This document shows positions 9,790-19,633 of a stretch of DNA of 58,439 nt, in pieces (the stretch's first letter is position 1; each line of letters starts with the position of its first letter). The notes under the pieces were generated by a model. That model was not told where the DNA came from, searched no databases, and worked only from the letters and a program-made list of their open reading frames with translations. Both the position numbers and the translations under genes were made by a program. The DNA comes from Bifidobacterium breve (GTDB taxonomy: Bacteria; Actinomycetota; Thermoleophilia; Miltoncostaeales; Miltoncostaeaceae), in the NCBI GenBank assembly GCA_945876305.1, contig CAMCOB010000001.1:1-58439 (forward strand), given 5' to 3'.

Positions 9790-10563
9790 TCATCCCCAGA
9801 TCTGAAAAAGAATCAGCGTCACGCCAGCACCCAGCATTGCGCCGGCCACTGTCTCGACGGCTGAGTGGATCCCCGCCTCCACCCGTGACTGCGCCACGAG
9901 CAGCGCCATCATGAAGGCAAGGGTGGAGACGAGTGCTGCGTGTGTCCATGGTGCCACCACGATTGTGATCGCCATCCAGCCGGCGAATGCCACCGCTGCG
10001 TGACCTGATGGGAATCCGCCCCGCAGCGGCGTGCCCCGGCCCACGTAGGCCTTGATCGCGATTGCCGCAAGCACCGTGACGGCGAGCGCGATGAGCACCA
10101 CATGGGTGGGTGCCTGACGCACTCCGCGAAGGAGATTGCGCCCTGGCTCGGTGAGCCGCCCATAGAGCACCAGATAGGCGATCGCTGTCGCACACGCTGC
10201 GGCGATGAGCACGGCACCGGCTGCCACATCCTTCGCCACCTTCACGAGGGGGTGGTAACTGGTGACCACGGCGTCCACCGCCGCCTCGATCGCCGTGTTG
10301 AACATCTCGGCCACAAGCACCAGGCCCACGGCGCCCACAAGGGCCAGCAACTCGAGGCGGCTTACGCCGAGGGCCAGAGCAAGAATGAACACCCCGATGC
10401 CCGCGGCCACGTGCAGCTGCATATTGCGCTGGGTGCGCAGCACAAACACGATGCCCTCGAAGGCCCACGTGAATGACCACCGCAGCGACCCCTGACGCGG
10501 AAGCGCCCCGGCACGCGGACGGCGGAGCAGCCGCTGAACCGGGCGCTGGTCGTCGTCGTTCAA
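9790..10563 (-). CDS. dgkA: fusion protein: DgkA-family lipid kinase (undecaprenol/diacylglycerol kinase) + minimal PAP2 lipid phosphatase
   Basis: The N-terminal half has the DgkA signature VAEMFNTAIEAAVD. The C-terminal half has PAP2 motifs PSGH and SRVEAGIHSAVE, preceded by KAYVGRGTP, within four predicted TM helices. The TTG start overlaps the ybeY stop (TTGA). Confidence 0.75.
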   Translation of the reverse strand: MNDDDQRPVQRLLRRPRAGALPRQGSLRWSFTWAFEGIVFVLRTQRNMQLHVAAGIGVFILALALGVSRLELLALVGAVGLVLVAEMFNTAIEAAVDAVVTSYHPLVKVAKDVAAGAVLIAAACATAIAYLVLYGRLTEPGRNLLRGVRQAPTHVVLIALAVTVLAAIAIKAYVGRGTPLRGGFPSGHAAVAFAGWMAITIVVAPWTHAALVSTLAFMMALLVAQSRVEAGIHSAVETVAGAMLGAGVTLILFQIWG

Positions 10564-10988
10564 CGGGCCTCCGCCGCGTCCACGATCTCATCCTGCAGTG
10601 CCAGCATCTCGCCGTCGTCCGTCTCGTGGTCGTAGCCCATGAGGTGCAGCAGGCCATGAATCGCAAGTGTGGTGAGGGGCTCCTCAGCAGCCGCTGGGCA
10701 GATAATGATGTCGCCGAGCTCGGGCGGCGGGCCATCATCTGGCCAGTCGAGAGCCTCAGGGCCATCCACCGGGAATGACAGTACGTCGGTCGGCGTGGGC
10801 TTGTCGCGGTGCTCACCGTTGATGCGTGCCATCTCATCGGGCCCGATCACCATCAGTCCCACCGTCGCACGCTCCACACCCACCCGCGCGCAGGCAAACC
10901 GCACGTGATCGGCGAGCTGATCAAGGTCAACGGGCGCGAGGCCGTCTGCGGCGGATGCCTCGATCTCGATCAGCGTGTGCCACCCCAC
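10560..10988 (-). CDS. ybeY: rRNA maturation endoribonuclease YbeY
   Basis: Metal-binding motif HGLLHLMGYDH and DVLSFP. The start is either the GTG at 10988 (19-nt overlap with phoH) or the CTG at 10973 (CTGA overlap). Confidence 0.9.
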   Translation of the reverse strand: MGWHTLIEIEASAADGLAPVDLDQLADHVRFACARVGVERATVGLMVIGPDEMARINGEHRDKPTPTDVLSFPVDGPEALDWPDDGPPPELGDIIICPAAAEEPLTTLAIHGLLHLMGYDHETDDGEMLALQDEIVDAAEAR

Positions 10989-11935
10989 GGATTGTCGCCT
11001 TCCTCATGCACCCGGTAGGCCTCCACGATGTGCTGCACCAGTTTGTGGCGCACCACGTCCTCGTGCGAGAAGTGGACGACCTCGATGGCGGGAATACCGC
11101 CGAGCACTTTCTCGATGTCCGCCAGACCGGACCGGCGGTCACGGGGAAGATCCACCTGCGTGATGTCCCCGGTCACCACCACCTTCGACCCGAAGCCCAG
11201 CCGCGTGAGGAACATCTTCATCTGTTCCACCGTGGTGTTCTGGGCCTCGTCAAGGATGATGAATGAGTCGTTGAGCGTGCGCCCCCGCATAAATGCGAGC
11301 GGCGCCACCTCAATCTGACCGCGCTCGAGGTACTCCTGCGCGCGGTCGGCGTCCAGCATGTCGTGCATGGCGTCAAAGAGCGGACGCAGGTACGGGTCGA
11401 CCTTTGCGGCGACGTCCCCGGGCAGAAACCCCAGCTTCTCCCCCGCCTCCACGGCCGGACGGGTAAGGATGATGCGCCCCACCTCGCGGCGCGACAACGC
11501 AGCAGTGGCCAGCGCCACGGCCAGGTAGGTCTTGCCGGTGCCCGCCGGGCCGATACCGAAGGTGATGGTGTTTCGGCGGATGGCATCCACGTATTCCTTC
11601 TGGCCCGCCGTGGTGGGTGTGATGCTGCGCTGACGGTGTCGCCACACCACGTCGCCCAGCAGGGCATCGGGCCGCCCCGACTGCTCGATGGAGGCGGCCA
11701 CGGCCTCGATCATGGTGGGGGCCAGGGTGCGGCCCGAATCCACAAGACGCGCCAGTTCATCAATCACCGCCACGCCGCGCTCCACGCGCACGTCCTCTCC
11801 GGTGAGCACCACACGGTTGCCCCGCAGGTTGATGTCGAGCCGCAGGCGCTCCTCGAGCGCGCGCAGCACGGCGTCGTGCTCGCCAGCCAGTTCGACTGCC
11901 ACACGGTCGGCCACCTCAATCGCGCGTTCGGTCAT
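10970..11935 (-). CDS. phoH: PhoH-like ATPase (YbeZ)
   Basis: Walker [23 protein letters not shown] and [13 protein letters not shown] chose the internal ATG at 11935 (MTERAIEV...). Confidence 0.9.
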   Translation of the reverse strand: MTERAIEVADRVAVELAGEHDAVLRALEERLRLDINLRGNRVVLTGEDVRVERGVAVIDELARLVDSGRTLAPTMIEAVAASIEQSGRPDALLGDVVWRHRQRSITPTTAGQKEYVDAIRRNTITFGIGPAGTGKTYLAVALATAALSRREVGRIILTRPAVEAGEKLGFLPGDVAAKVDPYLRPLFDAMHDMLDADRAQEYLERGQIEVAPLAFMRGRTLNDSFIILDEAQNTTVEQMKMFLTRLGFGSKVVVTGDITQVDLPRDRRSGLADIEKVLGGIPAIEVVHFSHEDVVRHKLVQHIVEAYRVHEEGDNPWGGTR

Positions 11936-11945
11936 CCTGCTCCTG

Positions 11946-12296
11946 TCACATTGAGTCCGAGAGTTGGGTACCGCCCAGCACATGCCAGTGCAGGTGAAAG
12001 ATGCTCTGTTGGCCGTCCGGGCCGTGGTTGGTGGTGACGCGATAGCCCGACTCGTCGAGCCCCTCCTGTGTTGCCACCTCCGCAATAAACGCGAGCATGT
12101 CCGATCGCTCGGCCTGCGTGAGCCCCGTGACCCCCGCAAGCGACTGCACGTGGCGCTCCGGAATCACCAGCACGTGCACCGGGGCCTTTGGCGAGATGTC
12201 ACGAAACGCCAGCAGGCCATCGCTGCGACGCACGACCTCGGCAGGGATCTCCCCGGCCACGATGCGGCAGAACAGGCAATCATCCGGCATGTCCAC
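11946..12296 (-). CDS. HIT-family (HinT-like) nucleotide hydrolase
   Basis: CLFCRI and the histidine triad HLHWHVLGG. Confidence 0.9.
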   Translation of the reverse strand: MDMPDDCLFCRIVAGEIPAEVVRRSDGLLAFRDISPKAPVHVLVIPERHVQSLAGVTGLTQAERSDMLAFIAEVATQEGLDESGYRVTTNHGPDGQQSIFHLHWHVLGGTQLSDSM

Positions 12297-12308
12297 TCCT
12301 CCGTCGGG

Positions 12309-13046
12309 TCACCCGAGCCCGCCGAGCGCACTCAGAGTCAGTGCGGCGGCGGTGATCGCAGCGGTCTCGGCGCGCAGCACGCCGGCACCCATCTGCACGG
12401 CGGTGAATCCACCCGCGACGGCCTCATCGGCCTCGCCGTCAGAGAACCCCGTGTCCGGCCCCACCAGCAGGGTCACTGCGTCCCCGACGGCGCGGGTGCC
12501 AAGCGCATCGTCAAGCGATGTGCCTGCGCGGGGGTCAAGGATGATCCCCTGGCCCGAAGGTGTGGTCTCGATCACGTGCGCCCACGGTACCAATCCCATC
12601 TGAATGGGGCGCACCCCGCGGCCCGACTGTCGCGCTGCCGAAACGGCGAGGCGCTGCATGCGCGCGGCGCGGCGATCCCATGCGTCGGCGTCCGGTACGC
12701 GCTTGGCGCGCGCGGTCACCACCACACCCAGGCGCCTCACACCCAACTCGGCCGCCTTCTCGGCCACCAGATCAAGCCGGCCAGGCTCGGTCAGACCAAC
12801 CCAGAGGGTCACGTCACACGCCGCCGGAGCCGGCAGGGCAGGGCCGACGACACGCACGGTGGCCGGGCGACCGACGGTAACCACCTCGCACGGCCACAGA
12901 TCACCGGCCGGGGCAATCACCTCGACCGGGTCGCCCGCCTGCCGGCGCACCACGCGCGACAGATGGTGCGAATCATCGTCACACAGACTGATGAGGTCGC
13001 CCTCTGCCGGATCCCCGTCAACCAGATACCGGAAGACATGCCTCAC
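12309..13046 (-). CDS. rsmE: 16S rRNA (uracil1498-N3)-methyltransferase
   Basis: RsmE-type PUA-like N-terminus plus a C-terminal VGPDTGFSDGE motif. The GTG at 13046 overlaps the prmA stop (GTGA); the track start at 13070 is the alternative. Confidence 0.8.
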   Translation of the reverse strand: MRHVFRYLVDGDPAEGDLISLCDDDSHHLSRVVRRQAGDPVEVIAPAGDLWPCEVVTVGRPATVRVVGPALPAPAACDVTLWVGLTEPGRLDLVAEKAAELGVRRLGVVVTARAKRVPDADAWDRRAARMQRLAVSAARQSGRGVRPIQMGLVPWAHVIETTPSGQGIILDPRAGTSLDDALGTRAVGDAVTLLVGPDTGFSDGEADEAVAGGFTAVQMGAGVLRAETAAITAAALTLSALGGLG

Positions 13047-13867
13047 CGGCGCATCCTCACCGAGGCCCATCCATCCTCCTCGAGCCTCCGTACCTCGTGC
13101 AGGCCCAGAGGAGCGAACGCTGCCACGGCCTCGTCCACCTCGTACACGCGCAGGCCGCTCGCCACGAGATGATCCGGGGCCTGCCCCTCGAGGGCCCCGG
13201 CAAGAATGCGCAAGACCTCGAGCGTGAGGTTTGCGAGCACGATGGGCGCGTACGGCAGCGGATCGGTGCCGATGCGCATCTCGTTCACCACGAGATGCAC
13301 CATGTTGGCCCGCGCCCCGGCACGAGCGGCCCGTACGGCGTGGGGGTCATGGTCAATGGCGACGATCGGACCAAACCCGAGGCGGGAGGCGGCGATTGAC
13401 AGCACGCCGGTGCCACAGCCGGCATCAAGGGCCGCGCCCGGTGGCACCTCGGCAAGCAGTTGGAGGGTCGTGCGCGTGGTGGGGTGCTGTCCGGTGCCAA
13501 AGGCCATTCCGGGGTCGATCACCACATCCAGCATGCCCGGCGCCGCAGCAACCCACGGGGGGCGCACCCGGATGCGCCCTGCCACGACTGGCTGGTGAAA
13601 ATCGCGCAGCGCACTGCGCCAGGCATCCGACTCCACCTGCTCATGTACCTCGGCGGTAATGCCGGCGTGGGCCAGCACCGCGCGCAGGGCATCAGCCCCA
13701 GGATTGGTGACCCCGGGAACCCACAGGTCGAGCACCACGACGCCATCGATCGGCTCGCCCTGGCGGCACCCACCGCCTGTGAGCGCGCAGCCCTCGGCGA
13801 TGGCCAGGTCCGTGTCGGCTTCGGCCACCCGGGCCGTCAGCCGCACCAGACGATCAGCGGAAGGCAT
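13043..13867 (-). CDS. prmA: ribosomal protein L11 methyltransferase
   Basis: SAM-binding motif LDAGCGTGVLSIAASRLG..IVAIDHD and an FGTGQHPTT motif. The start is ATG at 13867 (14-nt overlap with dnaJ) or GTG at 13846. Confidence 0.8.
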   Translation of the reverse strand: MPSADRLVRLTARVAEADTDLAIAEGCALTGGGCRQGEPIDGVVVLDLWVPGVTNPGADALRAVLAHAGITAEVHEQVESDAWRSALRDFHQPVVAGRIRVRPPWVAAAPGMLDVVIDPGMAFGTGQHPTTRTTLQLLAEVPPGAALDAGCGTGVLSIAASRLGFGPIVAIDHDPHAVRAARAGARANMVHLVVNEMRIGTDPLPYAPIVLANLTLEVLRILAGALEGQAPDHLVASGLRVYEVDEAVAAFAPLGLHEVRRLEEDGWASVRMRR

Positions 13868-14981
13868 GCCGGAGGCGCCCGAAGAACCCCTCGTCGTCGC
13901 CATCGTCACCCGACTCGGCAAGGTGCTCGGCCAGCGGGCGAAGCGCCTCACGGCCCTCGTCAGATGTGATGCGCGGAATGCGTACGTCCACGACGACCAC
14001 CTGATCGCCATGCCCCCTCCCCTGCACCTGCGGGAATCCCTTGTCCTTCAGCCGGATCTGCTCGCCGGGCTGCACGCCCGCGCGCAGATCCACCTCGCGC
14101 TCGCCTTCGATGGTCGGCACGGTCACCGTGGTGCCCACCATGGCATCGGTGGCGCTGATGTGCGCCTCGCAGATGATGTCGAGATCGTCGCGGATAAAGC
14201 GGTCGTCAGACATCACCTTCACCTCGACGTACAGGTCGCCCGCTGGCGCGCCCCGCTCGCCCGCGCCGCCACGCCCCGACATGCGAATGCGCTGACCGGC
14301 GGCGATACCCGCAGGAATGCGCACCGACACCTTGGACCGCGCCCGCACCCGCCCGCGGCCGCGGCAATCGCCGCAGGGGTCGGTGATATGCAGGCCCGAT
14401 CCGCTGCACGCCGGGCAGGCACGCGCGCGGGCGAACTGGCCGAGGGGTCCGTTCAGTATCTGGCGCACCTGTCCATTGCCCTCACAGGTGGTGCAGGTGG
14501 TGGGGTTACTGCCGGGCGTCGCGCCTGACCCGTCGCACACCGCGCACTCCTGCACGCGCTCCACTGACACCTCCTGCTCCACACCGGTGGCCGATTCGAC
14601 AAATGACACCGACGTGCCCACCAGGATGTCGTCACCGGCCTGCGCGCCCGCTGCGCCGCCACCGAATGCGTCGCCGCCGAAAAAGGCGCCGAAGATGTCC
14701 TGAAACGATCCGAAGTCCTGCGCGCCACCGCCACCGCCACCGCCGCTCGCACCACGCACGCCCTGATGCCCGAATCGGTCGTACCGGGCGCGCTGGTCGG
14801 GGTCGGAGAGCACCTCGTACGCCTCGGCCACCTCTTTAAACCGTGCCTCAGCTGTGGGGTCGTCGTGGTTCACATCCGGGTGCAGCTCGCGGGCAAGCCG
14901 GCGGAATGCCGACTTCAGATCCCGATCGGAGGCATCCCGGGACACCCCGAGGATCTCGTAATAGTCACGCGTCGTCGGCAA
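13854..14981 (-). CDS. dnaJ: molecular chaperone DnaJ
   Basis: J-domain DYYEILGV...HPD, a G-rich linker and four CxxCxGxG zinc-finger repeats. The TTG start at 14981 lies 1 nt after the upstream TAG. Confidence 0.9.
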   Translation of the reverse strand: MPTTRDYYEILGVSRDASDRDLKSAFRRLARELHPDVNHDDPTAEARFKEVAEAYEVLSDPDQRARYDRFGHQGVRGASGGGGGGGAQDFGSFQDIFGAFFGGDAFGGGAAGAQAGDDILVGTSVSFVESATGVEQEVSVERVQECAVCDGSGATPGSNPTTCTTCEGNGQVRQILNGPLGQFARARACPACSGSGLHITDPCGDCRGRGRVRARSKVSVRIPAGIAAGQRIRMSGRGGAGERGAPAGDLYVEVKVMSDDRFIRDDLDIICEAHISATDAMVGTTVTVPTIEGEREVDLRAGVQPGEQIRLKDKGFPQVQGRGHGDQVVVVDVRIPRITSDEGREALRPLAEHLAESGDDGDDEGFFGRLRHAFR

Positions 14982-14982
14982 C

Positions 14983-15654
14983 CTAGTGCCCGTGCGACCC
15001 TTCGGAATCGTCGTCTGAGTGCTCTTCGGGATGCGTGGCCAGATTGGCCTGTGCCGACTCCACGAGCGCCTGCGCCTCCTCGAGCGTGGTCGATTCCAGC
15101 AGCAGGCGGGCAAGGCTCCGTGCGTCACGGGCGGCTAGGTGATCGACCGCCCCCTGCTCCACCCAGAAGGGAGCCGAATCGGGGTCCTGTCGCAGCATCT
15201 CCACGGCCTGATGCCCGCAGTCGAGCGTGTAGGTGGCGATGGCCCAACGGGTGGACGACGGCGCGTCGTCGGGCTCCCAGGGCACGAGCGGCGTCGAGCG
15301 CACCCCGCCCGGTTCCACCACCACCGACGACAGATCGATGTCGCGCCACTCCAGGTCAACCGGCACGCGCAGGTCGAACAGCAGATCCTCGGCCTGCTCG
15401 GGCTGCCCATCGTTGCTGGCGATAACGGCGGCCACCCAGTGCGCCTCGGCAAATGTGAGGCCAGAGAACACGTCGGTCTCCTCCGACACCGGGTCGAACA
15501 CCGAGTCAGGATCGGTGCTCACACCAACGGCGTACTCCTCGGGTCCATAGGCGCCGGCCTCGATGCGTGCGAGCACGCGTACTGCCGCGCGACCCTCCTC
15601 GCCGATGGGTCGTCGCCAGACCTCAAGGATCTCGAAACGCGGATCGTCAGTCAC
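14983..15654 (-). CDS. hypothetical acidic protein embedded in the hrcA-dnaJ operon
   Basis: 223 aa, rich in D and E with a C-terminal EEHSDDDSEGSHGH tail. No signal peptide, no TM helix and no motif I recognise. Codon bias resembles its neighbours. The GTG start overlaps the hrcA stop (GTGA). Confidence 0.6.
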   Translation of the reverse strand: MTDDPRFEILEVWRRPIGEEGRAAVRVLARIEAGAYGPEEYAVGVSTDPDSVFDPVSEETDVFSGLTFAEAHWVAAVIASNDGQPEQAEDLLFDLRVPVDLEWRDIDLSSVVVEPGGVRSTPLVPWEPDDAPSSTRWAIATYTLDCGHQAVEMLRQDPDSAPFWVEQGAVDHLAARDARSLARLLLESTTLEEAQALVESAQANLATHPEEHSDDDSEGSHGH

Positions 15655-16706
15655 CCGTACACGTCCTCCACATAGGACGACAGCGCACGAGATGCCTCGC
15701 GCACAGTCGTTATCGCAAGGGCGTAGTCCATGCGGACCGGACCGATGAGAGACACCGTGCCCAGATCACCCCGTGCGGGACCGTAGCCCGCCGCGACGAT
15801 GGACACACCTGAGAACCCTGTCGGGAGTTCCGATCCGATGCGCAAATAGGTGCGCCCCGTGCCATCAATTGCGTTTCGCAGCACCGCCAGGAGCACGTAA
15901 CGCTCTTCGAGCGCACGCATGAGACCATCGATCTCGTTGATCTCACCGCGGCGCTGCTCGGTGAGCACCCGCGACTGCCCTGAGACGTACACCGCCCGCT
16001 CCTCCTCCATCTCCAAAAGCGCCGGGGCAATGGCTCGCAGGAATCCCATCTCCGATATCCCGAGCGAGGGATCGGCGAGCCGGCTCGCGATGGTGCGGCC
16101 ACCGATGGGGAGCCCCTCTGCACGATCGTTGAGAAATGCCGCCGCCCAATCGGCCAGCCCCGGATCCACGGGGTGGTCGAAGGCGAAGAGGCGCTTACTC
16201 ACGTCGCCGGTCGAGGTGATGACCACCACGGTCACCAGATTGGGCTGCAATACCAGCACCTCGATGTGGCGCACGGTGGCCGATGCCACAGGCGGCCCGG
16301 TGACCACGCTCATGAGGTCGGTGACCTCCGAGATGGCCTCGCTCAGGCGTCGCATCGTCTGATCCACCTCCACGTGCACCAGGTCCTTCGCAATGGCGGC
16401 ATCAACAGCGGCACGCGGTGCGGGCAGCGATCCCTTCGGGAGCAGTTGATCCACGTAGTAGCGGTAGCCCACATCGGTGGGCACCCGGCCGGCCGAGGTG
16501 TGCGGGTGTTTGAGGTAGCCCAGATCCTCCAGCCGGTGAAGCTCGTACCGAATGGTGGACGACGCCCACTCGAGATCGCCATGCCCGGCAATGTGCTTGC
16601 TGCCCACCGGCTGGCCGCTGGTGATGTGACTCTCCACCACCGCCCGCAGGACCTCCTCCTGGCGAGAGGTCAGCGGCGGCTGGATGGCGTCGGTGGTATC
16701 GGTCAT
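15651..16706 (-). CDS. hrcA: heat-inducible transcriptional repressor HrcA
   Basis: N-terminal winged-helix region LTSRQEEVLRAVVESHITSGQPVGSK plus an HrcA C-terminal domain. The ATG start overlaps the hemW stop (ATGA). Confidence 0.9.
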   Translation of the reverse strand: MTDTTDAIQPPLTSRQEEVLRAVVESHITSGQPVGSKHIAGHGDLEWASSTIRYELHRLEDLGYLKHPHTSAGRVPTDVGYRYYVDQLLPKGSLPAPRAAVDAAIAKDLVHVEVDQTMRRLSEAISEVTDLMSVVTGPPVASATVRHIEVLVLQPNLVTVVVITSTGDVSKRLFAFDHPVDPGLADWAAAFLNDRAEGLPIGGRTIASRLADPSLGISEMGFLRAIAPALLEMEEERAVYVSGQSRVLTEQRRGEINEIDGLMRALEERYVLLAVLRNAIDGTGRTYLRIGSELPTGFSGVSIVAAGYGPARGDLGTVSLIGPVRMDYALAITTVREASRALSSYVEDVYG

Positions 16707-17818
16707 GCGAAGTCCATGAGTTGCTGCACAACTGCATTCTGAAGCAGGCGTCCACGGCGCGTAAGGCGCACGGTCCCGGGGCCGGTCTCGATGAGCCCCT
16801 CAGCCTCGAGCATCTCCAGTGCCGCAGGGCGATCGGGAGGGCCGGCCCACGCCACATCAAGATCGGAATCCACCCGCGTACCCAGCATCCAGCGCTCCCG
16901 GCGGCGCGTATCGGCGTCGAGCTCCTCGTGGGTTCGCGAAGGCGCGTCTCCCGCGGCCAGTGCGGCCATGTAGCGATCGATCCCCGGGGCGTTGCGCCAC
17001 CGCCGCGGTGCGATGGTGCTCACCGCTCCCACGCCAATTCCCAGATAGTCGCTGGCCGCCCAGTACGCGAGGCTGTGGCGGCATTCGGCTCCAGGGCGAG
17101 CGAAGTTCGCCAGCTCGTACCAGCGGTAGCCGGCGGCTTCCAGACCATCAACCGCGGCGAGATAAAGATCAGTGGCCATGTCTTCATCCGGCGGCGTCAG
17201 GTTGCCGCGCGCAATGGCGCTCCCCTCCTTGAACTCCAACTCGTACCACGACACATGATCGGGCGCGGCGGCGCTGACCCACTCCAGATCGGCCGCGAGG
17301 TCGTCGGGCGACTGCCCGGGCACGGCGAGGATGAGATCCACCGACAGTGCGCCGATCCCGGCCGCGCGCGCAAGAGCCACGGCCCGCGCCGCGTCGTCGG
17401 GCGTGGCACGGCGGTCGAGTACTCCAAGCAGATGGGGACGCGACGACTGCACCCCGAGCGACAGACGCGTGACCCCGCCATTCACGATGGCGTCCAGCAA
17501 GGCCTCATCCACGGTCTCGGGGTTGGCCTCCATGCTCACCTCGGCACCCGGTGCGAGCAGGGGGCCAATGGCGGCGAGCAGCTTCGCCAGGCGGTCGGCG
17601 CCCATCAGCGACGGCGTGCCACCGCCCAGGTACACCGTGTCGAGCGGTCCGAGCACCGCTCGCTCGCGCTCCAGCTCCATCAGCAGCGCATCGAGGTAGG
17701 CATCGCGCTGGTGCTCCTGCCCCACCTCCACCACGAACGCGCAGTACCCACAACGCGACGCGCAGAACGGCAGGTGCACGTACAGGTGCGCGACCCCGTC
17801 GGGATCGCTCAGCATCAT
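16703..17818 (-). CDS. hemW: radical SAM family heme chaperone HemW (HemN-like, oxygen-independent coproporphyrinogen oxidase family)
   Basis: YVHLPFCASRCGYCAF (CxxxCxxC) and a HemN C-terminal domain. The ATG at 17818 overlaps the lepA TAA by 1 nt. Confidence 0.9.
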   Translation of the reverse strand: MMLSDPDGVAHLYVHLPFCASRCGYCAFVVEVGQEHQRDAYLDALLMELERERAVLGPLDTVYLGGGTPSLMGADRLAKLLAAIGPLLAPGAEVSMEANPETVDEALLDAIVNGGVTRLSLGVQSSRPHLLGVLDRRATPDDAARAVALARAAGIGALSVDLILAVPGQSPDDLAADLEWVSAAAPDHVSWYELEFKEGSAIARGNLTPPDEDMATDLYLAAVDGLEAAGYRWYELANFARPGAECRHSLAYWAASDYLGIGVGAVSTIAPRRWRNAPGIDRYMAALAAGDAPSRTHEELDADTRRRERWMLGTRVDSDLDVAWAGPPDRPAALEMLEAEGLIETGPGTVRLTRRGRLLQNAVVQQLMDFA

Positions 17819-19623
17819 TACTGGGAGTTCTCGTCGAGCTGCAGCACGGCGAGGAAGGCCTCCTGCGGCACCTCGACATTTCCCACATGCTTCATGCGCT
17901 TCTTCCCGTCCTTCTGCTTCTCGAGCAGCTTGCGCTTTCGGCTGATGTCGCCGCCATAGCACTTGGCGAGCACGTCCTTGCGCTTGGCCTTCACCGTCTC
18001 GCGGGCGATGATCTTGCCGCCGATGGCGGCCTGCACCGGCACCTCAAACATCTGGCGCGGGATCGTCGCCTTCAGGCGCTCCACGAGGCCCTTGCCGCGT
18101 GCGAACGCACTGTCGCGGTGCACGATCATCGACAGGGCGTCAACCGGCTCACCGGCCAGCAGGATGTCGAGCTTCACCAACGCACCCACCCGACCCTCGA
18201 TCATCTCGTAATCCAGCGAGGCGTAGCCACGTGTGCGCGACTTCAGCTGGTCGTAGAAGTCGAGCACGATCTCGGCCAGCGGCATGTCGTACACCACCTG
18301 CTGGCGGTTCTCGATGGGGGTCATGGTCACGAAGTTGCCGCGCCGGTCCTGACACAGACCCATCACGGCGCCCACGTGATCCTGCGGCACAAGCACCGTG
18401 CAACGCACGTACGGCTCCTCGATCTGCTCGATGTGATTGGGGCTCGGCAGGTCCACCGGCGATCGCACGGCCACGACCTCGCCCGTTGTCGTGGTGACCT
18501 CGTACTGCACGTTGGGCGTGGTGGTGATCAGGTTGAGGTCGTACTCGCGCTCGAGGCGCTCGCGAATGATGTCCATGTGCAGCAGGCCGAGGAACCCGCA
18601 GCGGAACCCGAAGCCGAGTGCCTGTGAGGTCTCGGGCTCCCACACGAGTGAGGCATCGTTGAGCGAGAGCTTCTCAAGAGCGTCGCGGAGCCCCGGATAG
18701 TCATCGCTGTCCACCGGGAACAGGCCGCAGAAGACCATCGGCTTGGCCTCGCGGTACCCCGGAAGGGCCTCGGTGGCGGGAGCGGCGGCCATCGTGATGG
18801 TGTCGCCCACGCGGAGTTCGTGCAGGCTCTTCAGCCCCGTCACGATGTATCCGCTCTCCCCTGCCGACAGGCGCGCGATGGGGGTCATCACGGGAGACAT
18901 CACACCAACCTCCTCGGCGTCGAAGTCGCTTGCCGTGGCCATGGCGCGCAGCTTGGTGCCGCCCGTCAGATACCCGTCCATCACGCGCACGAACGCCACC
19001 ACGCCGCGGTACTGGTCGTACACCGAGTCAAACACCAGGGCACGGGTGGGGGCATCGGGATTACCGCGCGGCGGCGGCATGCGGGTGACGATGGCCTCGA
19101 GCACCTCCTTCACCCCCTGGCCGGTCTTGGCCGAGATGCGCAGCACGTTCTCGGGGTCGTCGCCGATCAGGTCGGCCAGCGCCCTCGCGTGCAGGTCGGG
19201 GTCGGCGGCCGGCAAGTCGATCTTGTTGAGCACCGGGACCAGTTCAAGATCCCCTTCAATCGCCAGGTATGCGTTGGCCAGCGTCTGGGCCTCGATGCCC
19301 TGGCTGGCGTCCACCACCAGCAGCGCGCCCTCGCACGCCGCCAGGCTGCGCGAGACCTCATACGAGAAGTCCACGTGTCCGGGCGTGTCGATGAGGTTGA
19401 TCTGGTAGGTCTCGCCGTCGTCGGCGGTGTACATCACCCTCACGGCCTGCGCCTTGATGGTGATGCCCCGCTCGCGCTCCAGATCCATCGAGTCGAGTAT
19501 CTGCGCCCGCATGTCGCGGTCGCTCACCGCCCCGGTGATCTGCAGGATGCGATCGGCCAATGTCGACTTGCCATGGTCGATGTGGGCGATGATCGAGAAA
19601 TTCCGGATATGCGATTGATCCAC
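17818..19623 (-). CDS. lepA: translation elongation factor 4 (LepA)
   Basis: [29 protein letters not shown] and a LepA C-terminal domain. Confidence 0.95.
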   Translation of the reverse strand: MDQSHIRNFSIIAHIDHGKSTLADRILQITGAVSDRDMRAQILDSMDLERERGITIKAQAVRVMYTADDGETYQINLIDTPGHVDFSYEVSRSLAACEGALLVVDASQGIEAQTLANAYLAIEGDLELVPVLNKIDLPAADPDLHARALADLIGDDPENVLRISAKTGQGVKEVLEAIVTRMPPPRGNPDAPTRALVFDSVYDQYRGVVAFVRVMDGYLTGGTKLRAMATASDFDAEEVGVMSPVMTPIARLSAGESGYIVTGLKSLHELRVGDTITMAAAPATEALPGYREAKPMVFCGLFPVDSDDYPGLRDALEKLSLNDASLVWEPETSQALGFGFRCGFLGLLHMDIIRERLEREYDLNLITTTPNVQYEVTTTTGEVVAVRSPVDLPSPNHIEQIEEPYVRCTVLVPQDHVGAVMGLCQDRRGNFVTMTPIENRQQVVYDMPLAEIVLDFYDQLKSRTRGYASLDYEMIEGRVGALVKLDILLAGEPVDALSMIVHRDSAFARGKGLVERLKATIPRQMFEVPVQAAIGGKIIARETVKAKRKDVLAKCYGGDISRKRKLLEKQKDGKKRMKHVGNVEVPQEAFLAVLQLDENSQ

Positions 19624-19633
19624 GCGGGCGACC

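Noticed and set aside
15651-17962. A CIRCE operator (TTAGCACTC-N9-GAGTGCTAA) or HAIR element associated with hrcA/dnaJ.
   Set aside because: I found only a lone GAGTGCT at about 15007 with no partner half-site. hrcA has no intergenic region because it overlaps hemW. No operator can be called.
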